A DNA stretch of 50,805 nucleotides from a virus: positions 1 to 50,805 of the IMG/VR virus record IMGVR_UViG_3300025159_000004; one strand, given 5' to 3'. The translations under genes were made by a program, and so were the position numbers. Below, piece after piece: positions 41,862 to 49,262 of this stretch (its first letter is position 1; every line of letters begins with the position of its first letter). The notes beneath the pieces are model-generated. The model saw only the letters and a list, made by a program, of their open reading frames with translations, was not told the origin of the DNA and ran no database searches.

Positions 41862-42103
41862 TGTCTGAGCCTCCTAATCGCGATGAAAGATTGGCTAGTA
41901 AGTTACGAGATGATGAAATGGTAATGATAACTGAATACGTGCTCGCCGGACTTAAGTTTCCCATTTGTAACGCTTGCCGAAAGCGCCCAATAGGCCCCTT
42001 GCTCGTCAACCATTGTGATGTGTGTTGGAAGGAATGTAAGCACCCCTGTTACACGCCAACGCATGGTGCTATTCAGCTAGATGGCCAGATATGGCGACAA
42101 TAA
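41855..42103 (+). CDS. small zinc-finger protein, LAG-CxxC...HCxxC family
   Basis: Motif: TEYVLAGLKFPICNAC...NHCDVCW. Starts are GTG 41855 or ATG 41861. Confidence 0.65.
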   Translation: MSMSEPPNRDERLASKLRDDEMVMITEYVLAGLKFPICNACRKRPIGPLLVNHCDVCWKECKHPCYTPTHGAIQLDGQIWRQ

Positions 42104-42456
42104 GACCTCGTGATCTGACACTCACCGAAGTCGCCGAGTTAATGCTAGCTGGTATTGAGTTCCCTGTTTGTGGGGTTTGCGTGAAAGCTACCATAGGTGG
42201 CAACGGGCTGACCAACCATTGTAGATCCTGCTGGAAGCTCTGTAGTCGAGGCGGGTACAGCATACCTCACAACATGCCTCCCAAGCATGGACACTACAAG
42301 GTTGATGGGTTGTGGTATCCACCACCCAAAAATGGGGAAAACGCCTACCCTGGTCCAGGTGATGTCAGACGGCGCCAAGCGTGGATTGATAAAAGCACTA
42401 GCGTTGCCTGTGTCAATCTGTCCCTTCCTGGCGTGGGCGCGTCGGGAACACCGTAA
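42091..42456 (+). CDS. small zinc-finger protein, LAG-CxxC...HCxxC family
   Basis: Motif: VAELMLAGIEFPVCGVC...NHCRSCW. It is a tandem paralog of the preceding gene. Confidence 0.65.
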   Translation: MATIRPRDLTLTEVAELMLAGIEFPVCGVCVKATIGGNGLTNHCRSCWKLCSRGGYSIPHNMPPKHGHYKVDGLWYPPPKNGENAYPGPGDVRRRQAWIDKSTSVACVNLSLPGVGASGTP

Positions 42457-42462
42457 ACTCTG

Positions 42463-42490
42463 ACGCCCACGGGGCGGAGGACGTGGGCGT
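42463..42490 (+). terminator. hairpin after the 42456 stop (possible terminator)
   Basis: An 8-bp stem ACGCCCAC/GTGGGCGT with a 12-nt loop. The following T-tract is weak (AAGTTTG). Confidence 0.35.
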
Positions 42491-42579
42491 AAGTTTGCCC
42501 CTCTGTCCTCGCCAGAGGAAGCGTGTGAGACAGGGGGTTTTTCACGGTCCGTGTCAAGATTGCACGGAAATGAGCGTTT

Positions 42580-42604
42580 TGTCAACTTGACACGAAATTT
42601 CGTG
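42580..42604. promoter_or_regulatory. two abutting perfect palindromes TGTCAA-C-TTGACA and CACGAAATTTCGTG (operator/promoter candidates)
   Basis: Read directly in the 225-bp gap 42457-42681. They contain a TTGACA hexamer. Confidence 0.45.
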
Positions 42605-42681
42605 TGAAATAGCCGACCGCCGCCCGCTTCCTATCTGTGAGGCAAAGTTTTGGTTCTTCCAAGAATACAAGGAGAATGTAC

Positions 42682-42990
42682 ATGCCTGACCTGACCCCGG
42701 AGGGGCTGCGGGCGCGGGCGAAGAGCGTAGCGATTAGCTGCTGTATGTGGCACCGCGGCTATACCGAAGAGTGGCGAGGACGGCTGGCTACTGAATCGCT
42801 CGAAGCGTGCGAGGAGTGTCTCGCTGCCGCCTTCACCGCCCTCGTGGCCGAGGCGCGGCGGGCGCAGCGGGAAGTGGATGCGCAACTTGTAGAAGACGAC
42901 GATTGCGTGACGTGCCACGACGAAATCAACCCGTTTATGCGTGAGCATCTAGCCGCCGCGATCCGCGCACAGGAGGAGAAAACGCCATGA
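42682..42990 (+). CDS. hypothetical protein (102 aa)
   Basis: The start was set to ATG 42682, which has AAGGAGA 7 nt upstream. Confidence 0.65.
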   Translation: MPDLTPEGLRARAKSVAISCCMWHRGYTEEWRGRLATESLEACEECLAAAFTALVAEARRAQREVDAQLVEDDDCVTCHDEINPFMREHLAAAIRAQEEKTP

Positions 42991-43199
42991 CCGATGAGTT
43001 CATGGAGATGGCCCTCCGCCAGCAGCTCGCCGACGCGGAGGAGCGCGTGCGGGAGCTGGAGGAAGCGCTGCACGCCTTGACTATCTGGTCGCAGAATGGT
43101 GAGCAACTGTGTTTTCGGTCACACAATAACGTTCCAATGGGAATGAGCAAGACGCAAGAGCGACTTGCCCGCGCCGCCCTCGCGCGGAGGACGCCGTGA
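42987..43199 (+). CDS. coiled-coil protein (70 aa)
   Basis: Contains ERVRELEEALHAL. ATGA overlap with the upstream gene. Confidence 0.65.
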   Translation: MTDEFMEMALRQQLADAEERVRELEEALHALTIWSQNGEQLCFRSHNNVPMGMSKTQERLARAALARRTP

Positions 43200-43678
43200 C
43201 ACAGCCCGAGTCTTTAGGCAGCCAGGTCGGTCGCCTTGCTCAGTTCATTGTGGACTCGGTGCCGGGTGAGCCGAGCCAGAGCGAAGGCGCCGTTGACACG
43301 GCGATCCGCGTGATGACAACGCTTCAGGCGCGCGTGCGGGAGTTGGAAGAGGCGTTGGGCACGCTGCTGATGTGTGCTCACGGTGACGAGCACATGTGTG
43401 GCTGTCGTGAGCAAGCAGACCTCGCGTGGAGGATACCAAGTATCACGTCGACGACGTGCCGCGAGTGCGGCGGATCAGGTCGATTTCGCGTCGGGTATTT
43501 CCCCAACCACGAGGAGTTCGAGCGGACGGGGCCTGACGAGGTGTGTGGAGTCTGCGGGGGGTCCGGGACCGCCACCATGACCGACAACACCCCGATGGAT
43601 CTCACAGACGACGAGCGGGCGCGCGTGGAGGGTGCCATGATTGGTAGGATGCACTGCGAGCGCGGGGGTAACAAATGA
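43196..43678 (+). CDS. DnaJ-type zinc-finger protein (160 aa)
   Basis: ARVRELEEALGTL is a paralog of the previous gene's motif. CRECGGSG and CGVCGGSG are also present. Confidence 0.65.
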   Translation: MTQPESLGSQVGRLAQFIVDSVPGEPSQSEGAVDTAIRVMTTLQARVRELEEALGTLLMCAHGDEHMCGCREQADLAWRIPSITSTTCRECGGSGRFRVGYFPNHEEFERTGPDEVCGVCGGSGTATMTDNTPMDLTDDERARVEGAMIGRMHCERGGNK

Positions 43679-44568
43679 AGGTCTATAGCCCAAGCGCAAC
43701 CGCCAGATTTTCACGATGTCCGCTCCTATGGGCACTTGACCGCAACGGTTGGCGTCCACGTGTCCTGTCCAAGCGTGACCTTTATGCCATTGGTGGGCGT
43801 GCTATCGCGTCTGGCGTGGGCGCGTACAACCTCATGACCCAAGCAGGTGACACGAGCGCAATCGAAATCAGGTTTAAGCGCGCTGCTGACGTCATGTCTA
43901 CCATCTTCCACCAAGGCATCGAGGAGCTGGAAGCATCACAACGCCAATTGCCAAATACGGCTATCGTGTCCGAAGCAGACGAGATTCTTGAGAATGCCAA
44001 GCGCATGCTTGGCGCTTACACAGCCAAGAATCCCACGCAACACTACCACATCGTCGGGGTAGAGCTGGAACTTGGGCCTGAAGCTGGCAACGCCCGCCCA
44101 GACTTGGTAGTAGAGGACAAAGCGGGCGACCTTCTCGTGATTGACTACAAATCTCGGTGGACGACCCGGACTGGCGCGCAACCTGGATACTGGGAAAACA
44201 TCGACCGCTTGGAGCGGAGCGTCTCGCATCAGTTGCTTCACTATGCTTACTTTGTGGGCCAAAAGTATGGGCGCCCGGTCAAGCACGTCGGCATTTGTGA
44301 GCTTCACGGGACGCGGGGGTATACACCATTCATCACGCCTGACGCAGTATCTCATGAGACGCTTGCGATCTGGTACGAATCCGCTAAGGGGATGTGGGAG
44401 GTGATGGAACGTATCGAAAAGGAAGGTGTGGCTCCCTGGATGGCAACGCAGCACGCTGACCGCTATGGGCTCTGTGAAATGTATAATGCGTGCTTCCGCC
44501 ATCATCTTGACCCTACACTGATGTCGCACGAATACGTACAACTGGAACGGGTAAAGGAGAGTGTGTAA
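43675..44568 (+). CDS. PD-(D/E)XK nuclease, Cas4/RecB-exonuclease-like
   Basis: N-terminal Cys (FSRCPLLW), the core DLVVED...LLVIDYKS and a C-terminal CEMYNAC. Confidence 0.6.
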   Translation: MKVYSPSATARFSRCPLLWALDRNGWRPRVLSKRDLYAIGGRAIASGVGAYNLMTQAGDTSAIEIRFKRAADVMSTIFHQGIEELEASQRQLPNTAIVSEADEILENAKRMLGAYTAKNPTQHYHIVGVELELGPEAGNARPDLVVEDKAGDLLVIDYKSRWTTRTGAQPGYWENIDRLERSVSHQLLHYAYFVGQKYGRPVKHVGICELHGTRGYTPFITPDAVSHETLAIWYESAKGMWEVMERIEKEGVAPWMATQHADRYGLCEMYNACFRHHLDPTLMSHEYVQLERVKESV

Positions 44569-44729
44569 TGTTCTATGGAAAGATTACGATGCACTTTCGT
44601 AGGGAGGATCGCGACGGTCTTTTGCGTGACTTATCTGAGATCGGTATTTTTGCGGAAACGGACTATGCGGGGATCGGCGGCGTAGAGATCCGCATAGAGG
44701 GTTGCGAGAAGAATGAGAACGACGACTAA
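44568..44729 (+). CDS. small acidic protein (53 aa)
   Basis: Below the ORF-track cutoff, with TAATG overlaps at both ends. Sequence: MFYGKITMHFRREDRDGLL... Confidence 0.5.
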   Translation: MFYGKITMHFRREDRDGLLRDLSEIGIFAETDYAGIGGVEIRIEGCEKNENDD

Positions 44730-45508
44730 TGATCGACATCGCCAAGTTGCGGTTCAATCTTGACCAGGCCAAGCCTGAACGTTCAACCTATTTGATCCAC
44801 GGGAACTATGGTGTTGGCAAGACGAGCCTGCTTGGCGACATGCTCCGAACGGAGGCTGCAACCGGCCCCGTGCGCTACATCAACATGGCTGGCGAAGATG
44901 GTAGCCTATCCGTATCTACGCTTGGCCTTGGGGATATTGGCTACACTGCCCATGACCTTGAGGAGTTCAAGGCTATCATAGACGATGCTAAGATGCAAGG
45001 CTTAGCCGCTGTTGGCATCGACGGCTTTCAGTGGCTGGGCAAGTTCGTCATCCGGAGCGTGTGTGGGCAGCGGTTGCCATCAGTCGGCAAGGGTAGCGAT
45101 GACTGGCAGAAGATTCATCAAGCGTTTGAGCAAGTGGTTCCTACGCTCCGCTGGATGGCACCTATCGTCATGGCCACAGCATCGAGTGACCGTTCGATGG
45201 ATCAGATTACTGGCGAAATCACACTCACTCCAGACCTGCCGGGTCGCCAGGCAGCAGGCGTCGGGGGCATGTTTGACTTCGTATTTGTGCTGAAAACGCG
45301 ACCTGTTAACCCAACAAAGATCGAGCGTTATGTCCTAACAGCGCCAGTCGGCAACATGGTTATCCGGGCGCGACTGCCACGATCGTTGCCAGCGGAGCTC
45401 ACGCTTCCAGAAGGTCCAGGTGGCTGGGCCAAGATCAAGGCTGCGATTGCAGAGTGTTTCATGCCAGAGGCTGCTGAGATGGCCCTGGCGGGAAGGAAAA
45501 TGAAGTGA
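44729..45508 (+). CDS. Sak4-like RecA-fold ATPase (AAA_24 type)
   Basis: Walker A HGNYGVGKTS near the N-terminus and Walker B-like AAVGIDGF. The ~260 aa size fits. Confidence 0.6.
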   Translation: MIDIAKLRFNLDQAKPERSTYLIHGNYGVGKTSLLGDMLRTEAATGPVRYINMAGEDGSLSVSTLGLGDIGYTAHDLEEFKAIIDDAKMQGLAAVGIDGFQWLGKFVIRSVCGQRLPSVGKGSDDWQKIHQAFEQVVPTLRWMAPIVMATASSDRSMDQITGEITLTPDLPGRQAAGVGGMFDFVFVLKTRPVNPTKIERYVLTAPVGNMVIRARLPRSLPAELTLPEGPGGWAKIKAAIAECFMPEAAEMALAGRKMK

Positions 45509-46032
45509 TGGTAGACACGATGGGAACTGATACTGGGCTGGATGTCGCGGAGCTTTACCAGACGTACACGTCCGAGGAGCAGATCAAGGAATCCTTCGAG
45601 CGCTTCACGGTGCCGACGGGGCGGTATACGTTCACGCCAAAGCGAGTCCAGACGCAGCGTGCAAGCGACCGCTCCCCCTGGCCGGGGCGTGAGATGGTGC
45701 GTCTATTTGGCCAGCTATTTGATCGTGAGGATGGTAGCCGTAAGGGGTCGGTGGGCTTCGATGGCTCATGGGACGTGCGCCGCATGAAGAATAACAAGCT
45801 GGATGGCCCCTCGAAGCTGTGGGGTCAGCTCGTCACGGCACTGGACATGAAGGCGGAAACGGTCGGTAAGGTTGTGGAGGCCGCAGGAGGCTACCAACTC
45901 AGCCTCTATGTCACTGAGGCATTCAAGACTCCTGACGGCTGGCGCACAGCTCGCACTCCGGAGCAGCGCCGCGACTATCGTAAGGCGGGCTACGATGCCA
46001 AGAACTTCGTGGACAGTGTTTCTCGCGTCTAA
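45505..46032 (+). CDS. possible ssDNA-binding protein (gp2.5/DUF669-like), tentative
   Basis: The call rests on its position directly after the Sak4-like gene and on its size. No decisive motif was found. Confidence 0.35.
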   Translation: MMVDTMGTDTGLDVAELYQTYTSEEQIKESFERFTVPTGRYTFTPKRVQTQRASDRSPWPGREMVRLFGQLFDREDGSRKGSVGFDGSWDVRRMKNNKLDGPSKLWGQLVTALDMKAETVGKVVEAAGGYQLSLYVTEAFKTPDGWRTARTPEQRRDYRKAGYDAKNFVDSVSRV

Positions 46033-46179
46033 GCCTTTCAGGTGCTTAGCCGCGGGGCCCGCTTAGTGTGGCAGCGGTTTACTAGCCATTTGGCCAGGCT
46101 ACGCCAGGAGGAGGCCACACGCCCTAGTGATATGCTTGGGCAGAGAACTCCTCTTGGTGATTTCTTAGGAGGCTCAGTA

Positions 46180-46431
46180 ATGACACCGCAGGGTGGACTG
46201 GAAGGGCGCCAGCGGCGGGTTCATACCCCGCATGACGAGAGTTCGAATCTCTCCCCTGCTACCATTGAGCCCGATAGACGAGAGGCATTTACGTGTGTTG
46301 TCTGCTGGGAAGATCGACACGAAAATGTTACGCTAACTGAGGCCCCACTTGAATTCAACAACCGCTCGGTCGAAGTCATCCACAAATGGTACTGCCCAAA
46401 ATGCGGGCGCGAAGTTACATTTGGGCTCTAG
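46180..46431 (+). CDS. zinc-ribbon protein (83 aa) whose N-terminal codons overlap the tRNA-like element
   Basis: AGGAGG lies 7 nt upstream of ATG 46180. The zinc ribbon is CVVC...CPKC. No in-frame ATG, GTG or TTG lies downstream of the tRNA-like sequence. Confidence 0.5.
   Translation: MTPQGGLEGRQRRVHTPHDESSNLSPATIEPDRREAFTCVVCWEDRHENVTLTEAPLEFNNRSVEVIHKWYCPKCGREVTFGL
46187..46264 (+). tRNA. tRNA-Met-like (anticodon CAU), initiator-like features, non-canonical D-arm spacing
   Basis: Acceptor CGCAGGG/CCCTGCT with a C1-U72 mismatch. D stem CTGG/CCAG. Anticodon arm GCGGG-TTCATAC-CCCGC. T arm GAGAG-TTCGAAT-CTCTC, then ACCA. It is 78 nt and has extra connector nucleotides. Confidence 0.5.
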
Positions 46432-46657
46432 AAAGCTACCTGAGATTCCCCTAGGAACTGTCGAAGCAATATTGGCGGGTGGCCACCTTTGTGAGTGTTG
46501 CCGGATGATGCCGGGGTTAGTGAATAAGGATCACGTGGTCGCCTACGAATACTGCGATTGGTGTTTGCGGACGCACGGCCCGTACTGTCATCCGTCCTAT
46601 AAATACAGCACCGCATACTTGTGGTGGGTGCGATATGACACAAATCGACGCACTTGA
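46421..46657 (+). CDS. small zinc-finger protein, LAG-CxxC...CxxC family; start uncertain (TTG 46421 or ATG 46349)
   Basis: Motif: TVEAILAGGHLCECC...YCDWC. Confidence 0.5.
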   Translation: MGSRKLPEIPLGTVEAILAGGHLCECCRMMPGLVNKDHVVAYEYCDWCLRTHGPYCHPSYKYSTAYLWWVRYDTNRRT

Positions 46658-46853
46658 GTACGCACAGTGGGTGCTAGCTGGGAAACATATCTGTCATGTA
46701 TGTGGCGCGCTCGTGGGTAAAGGCTATCGCGCGCATTGCAACCGACACGGGACCTCAACATATACAAGTGAGCACGGGAGCACAATATATTCCGATGTGT
46801 GCTGCTCTCATCTGTGTGGATGGGGTTCCGATGCAGACTTCGAGTGGGACTAG
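46635..46853 (+). CDS. small zinc-finger protein, LAG-CxxC family
   Basis: Motif: YAQWVLAGKHICHVCG...AHC. It is a tandem paralog of the preceding gene. Confidence 0.6.
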   Translation: MTQIDALEYAQWVLAGKHICHVCGALVGKGYRAHCNRHGTSTYTSEHGSTIYSDVCCSHLCGWGSDADFEWD

Positions 46854-49262
46854 ATGAAAAAACCAGATACATGTAAGGGCTGCCCGCTTTACGATGACGG
46901 TGAGGGCTTTGTACCTGACGAGTTGATAGCAGGTGCACTCACCCAAGTATGGCTCCAGAACCCCGGCGATGGCGAGGAACGTAAAGCCAAGCCCGCAGTT
47001 GGTGCGACTGGTGACGACCTGGACCGCAAGTGGCTCCCACGTGCGGGCCTGACCCGAAGCGTCAATACATCAGTCTGTAATGCCTTCCGCTGTCGCTGGC
47101 GTGACCCTAAAACGGGTAAGAAGGTCAACAAACTACCGCCGCCAGCCATACTTAGCGCGGCACTGAAACACTGTCGTCAATATGACGACGTCCAGGGGCT
47201 GAGCAAGATCATTGCCGCAGGCGCTGTCGCTTGGCGCGCGCTAGGACAGGCTTTTGCTATCACCGACTGGCGCGGCTTTGTTGGCCCCAAGCTTTTCAAT
47301 GGGGCGAGTGTCTTTGGGACACTTCACCCTGCGGATCTTTTCCGGGCACCAAAGAATGCGCTCCCAGTCAGCGTTGACTGGGCTAAGATTGGTCGGTGGC
47401 TGGATGATAAGTGGCCTCTAGCCGTACCGCCGTTTGAGCGTATCCCCAAGACGGCTGACCCGTCTATCTTGCTGCCGTGGGTCGAAGAGGCTGCTGCACG
47501 CGCGCCGTTCGTAGTGATCGACACCGAATACGCACGCGGATCGCGCTACCTCCTGATGATTGGACTTGGGTATCCTGAGATGCCGCACGGGATTCAGGTC
47601 GCTGTGAATACGTTAAGCCCTGTGGGTCGAAGCATGCTCCGCAACGCTCTGCTGGTCTTGGTAGCGGCGTGTCCTATCGTCTTCCAGAACGCTATGGCGG
47701 ACGTGCCGGTGCTGCGGGATAACCTGGGCATCCAGTATGCGGACTATCGCGCCATAGATGATACGATGCTCATGCACGCTCTCCTGTGGAGCGATTGGCC
47801 ACATACATTAGAGTTCCTGGCGTCCCTCTACGGTTCGTATCCTAAGATGAAGCACCTTGCGAAAGTAGACCCGGAGCTTTACAATTGGGGCGACGTGATA
47901 GACACCATTGCTGTCTACGAAGGGCTGGTTAAAGAGCTACGGCACGATGCCCCGTCTGCGGCTATCTACCGGGCGCAGTCGTTGCCACTTGTGCCCATCA
48001 TCCTCCGGCGCGCGCAACGTGGGCTAAGAGTCAATCGTGGCCTCGTCACCGAGAAGACCCGGCTCTATGAGACGAAGAAGACTGTGGCTTCCCAGATTGC
48101 TCAGGCATGCATGGGCCGGCCCTTTAACGTGGGCAGCGACGACCAACTAAAGGCCGCGCTCTATAAGGAGCGCGGCTATCAGGCTCAAATCAACAGGGAC
48201 ACCAGATCTGCCACGGTTGATGGAGATGCCATCGCTGAGCTCCGTAAGGCAATCGACCCAATCCCAGACTTCGAAGAAGAAGAGAAGAACGGGCTCAGCG
48301 TGGATGAAGCCCTGAGCCGTATTGGACAGGGCGCCGACCCTCTCCTTGAGGCTCGTGTCATCTATGCCGGGGCTCAGCAGATTTTGACGCACTACTTGGC
48401 GCCGCGTGACGCTGAGCGCATCTATCCCTCAATGAAGCTCCACGCGCAAGCCAGCGGGCGGTGGAGCATTACCGAACCACCGCTACAGCAAGACCCAAGC
48501 GAGCTAAAGGGTACGTTAATACCCGACGAGGGTATGTCATTCGTGGGCTGGGACTGGGATCAGATTGAGCTTCGCATCTTGGCAGCACTCGCGAAAGACG
48601 CAGCCTATCTGGAAGCCTTTGAGCGCGACTGGGACGTTCACACGCTCAATGCGTGCGACATCTTTGACCTGCCAAAGCCCACGGAGCGCCGCGACCCGAC
48701 GAAAGATGCCGAGTGGGTGAAGGTGGTCGGTTGGGCTGGTAAAGAAGACATCAGGCGCACGTTTGCTAAGCGATTCGTCTACAGACTGAACTACGGAGGA
48801 GACCCACATGGCGCTGGTGACATTCCTGGAGCGCGACAACTTGGACTCGACGGACCCCAGCTCGTTGAGGCGTCTCGTCGATATCTTGCTGCACATCCTG
48901 CGATGGCTTCTTGGCGTGTTGCGACGGCAGCGCAGGCACACACGACCCGGCAGTCTCGAACCTTCATGGGTCGGCTGAGGCGCCTTGAGGGCAACAAGGG
49001 AGCGATAGAGCGTGCCGCGTTCAATCACCCAATGCAAGGGGCCGTCGCTGATATTCTCAACATCGTGGTTGTACAGATAGCGGGCGCCTGTCCTTATGCC
49101 ATACTGGCATGGACCGTCCACGACGCCGCGTGGTTTGAAGTACCCACGGAGATGGTCGAGGACTTTCAGCGCGCTGCGTATCCCATCATTACTCAAGCCT
49201 GGGACGTGTATGGCACGAAGCTAGCCGTCCCGGCGAAGTGGAAAGAGGTCGTGACCGCATGA
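46854..49262 (+). CDS. polA: family A DNA polymerase with 3'-5' exonuclease domain and N-terminal family-4 UDG-like domain
   Basis: UDG-like: CKGC...WLQNPGDGEE...PAVGATGDDL...CNAFRC...LHPADLFR. Exo I: VVIDTEYA. Pol motif A: WDWDQIELRILA. Motif B: RRTFAKRFVYRLNYGG. Motif C: VHDAAW. Confidence 0.85.
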   Translation: MKKPDTCKGCPLYDDGEGFVPDELIAGALTQVWLQNPGDGEERKAKPAVGATGDDLDRKWLPRAGLTRSVNTSVCNAFRCRWRDPKTGKKVNKLPPPAILSAALKHCRQYDDVQGLSKIIAAGAVAWRALGQAFAITDWRGFVGPKLFNGASVFGTLHPADLFRAPKNALPVSVDWAKIGRWLDDKWPLAVPPFERIPKTADPSILLPWVEEAAARAPFVVIDTEYARGSRYLLMIGLGYPEMPHGIQVAVNTLSPVGRSMLRNALLVLVAACPIVFQNAMADVPVLRDNLGIQYADYRAIDDTMLMHALLWSDWPHTLEFLASLYGSYPKMKHLAKVDPELYNWGDVIDTIAVYEGLVKELRHDAPSAAIYRAQSLPLVPIILRRAQRGLRVNRGLVTEKTRLYETKKTVASQIAQACMGRPFNVGSDDQLKAALYKERGYQAQINRDTRSATVDGDAIAELRKAIDPIPDFEEEEKNGLSVDEALSRIGQGADPLLEARVIYAGAQQILTHYLAPRDAERIYPSMKLHAQASGRWSITEPPLQQDPSELKGTLIPDEGMSFVGWDWDQIELRILAALAKDAAYLEAFERDWDVHTLNACDIFDLPKPTERRDPTKDAEWVKVVGWAGKEDIRRTFAKRFVYRLNYGGDPHGAGDIPGARQLGLDGPQLVEASRRYLAAHPAMASWRVATAAQAHTTRQSRTFMGRLRRLEGNKGAIERAAFNHPMQGAVADILNIVVVQIAGACPYAILAWTVHDAAWFEVPTEMVEDFQRAAYPIITQAWDVYGTKLAVPAKWKEVVTA

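Noticed and set aside
46042-46179. N-terminal 46 codons of the 129-aa track ORF 46042-46431
   Set aside because: This part is an Arg/Leu-rich translation of intergenic DNA. A perfect AGGAGG-N7-ATG lies at 46180, so the upstream part is unlikely to be coding.
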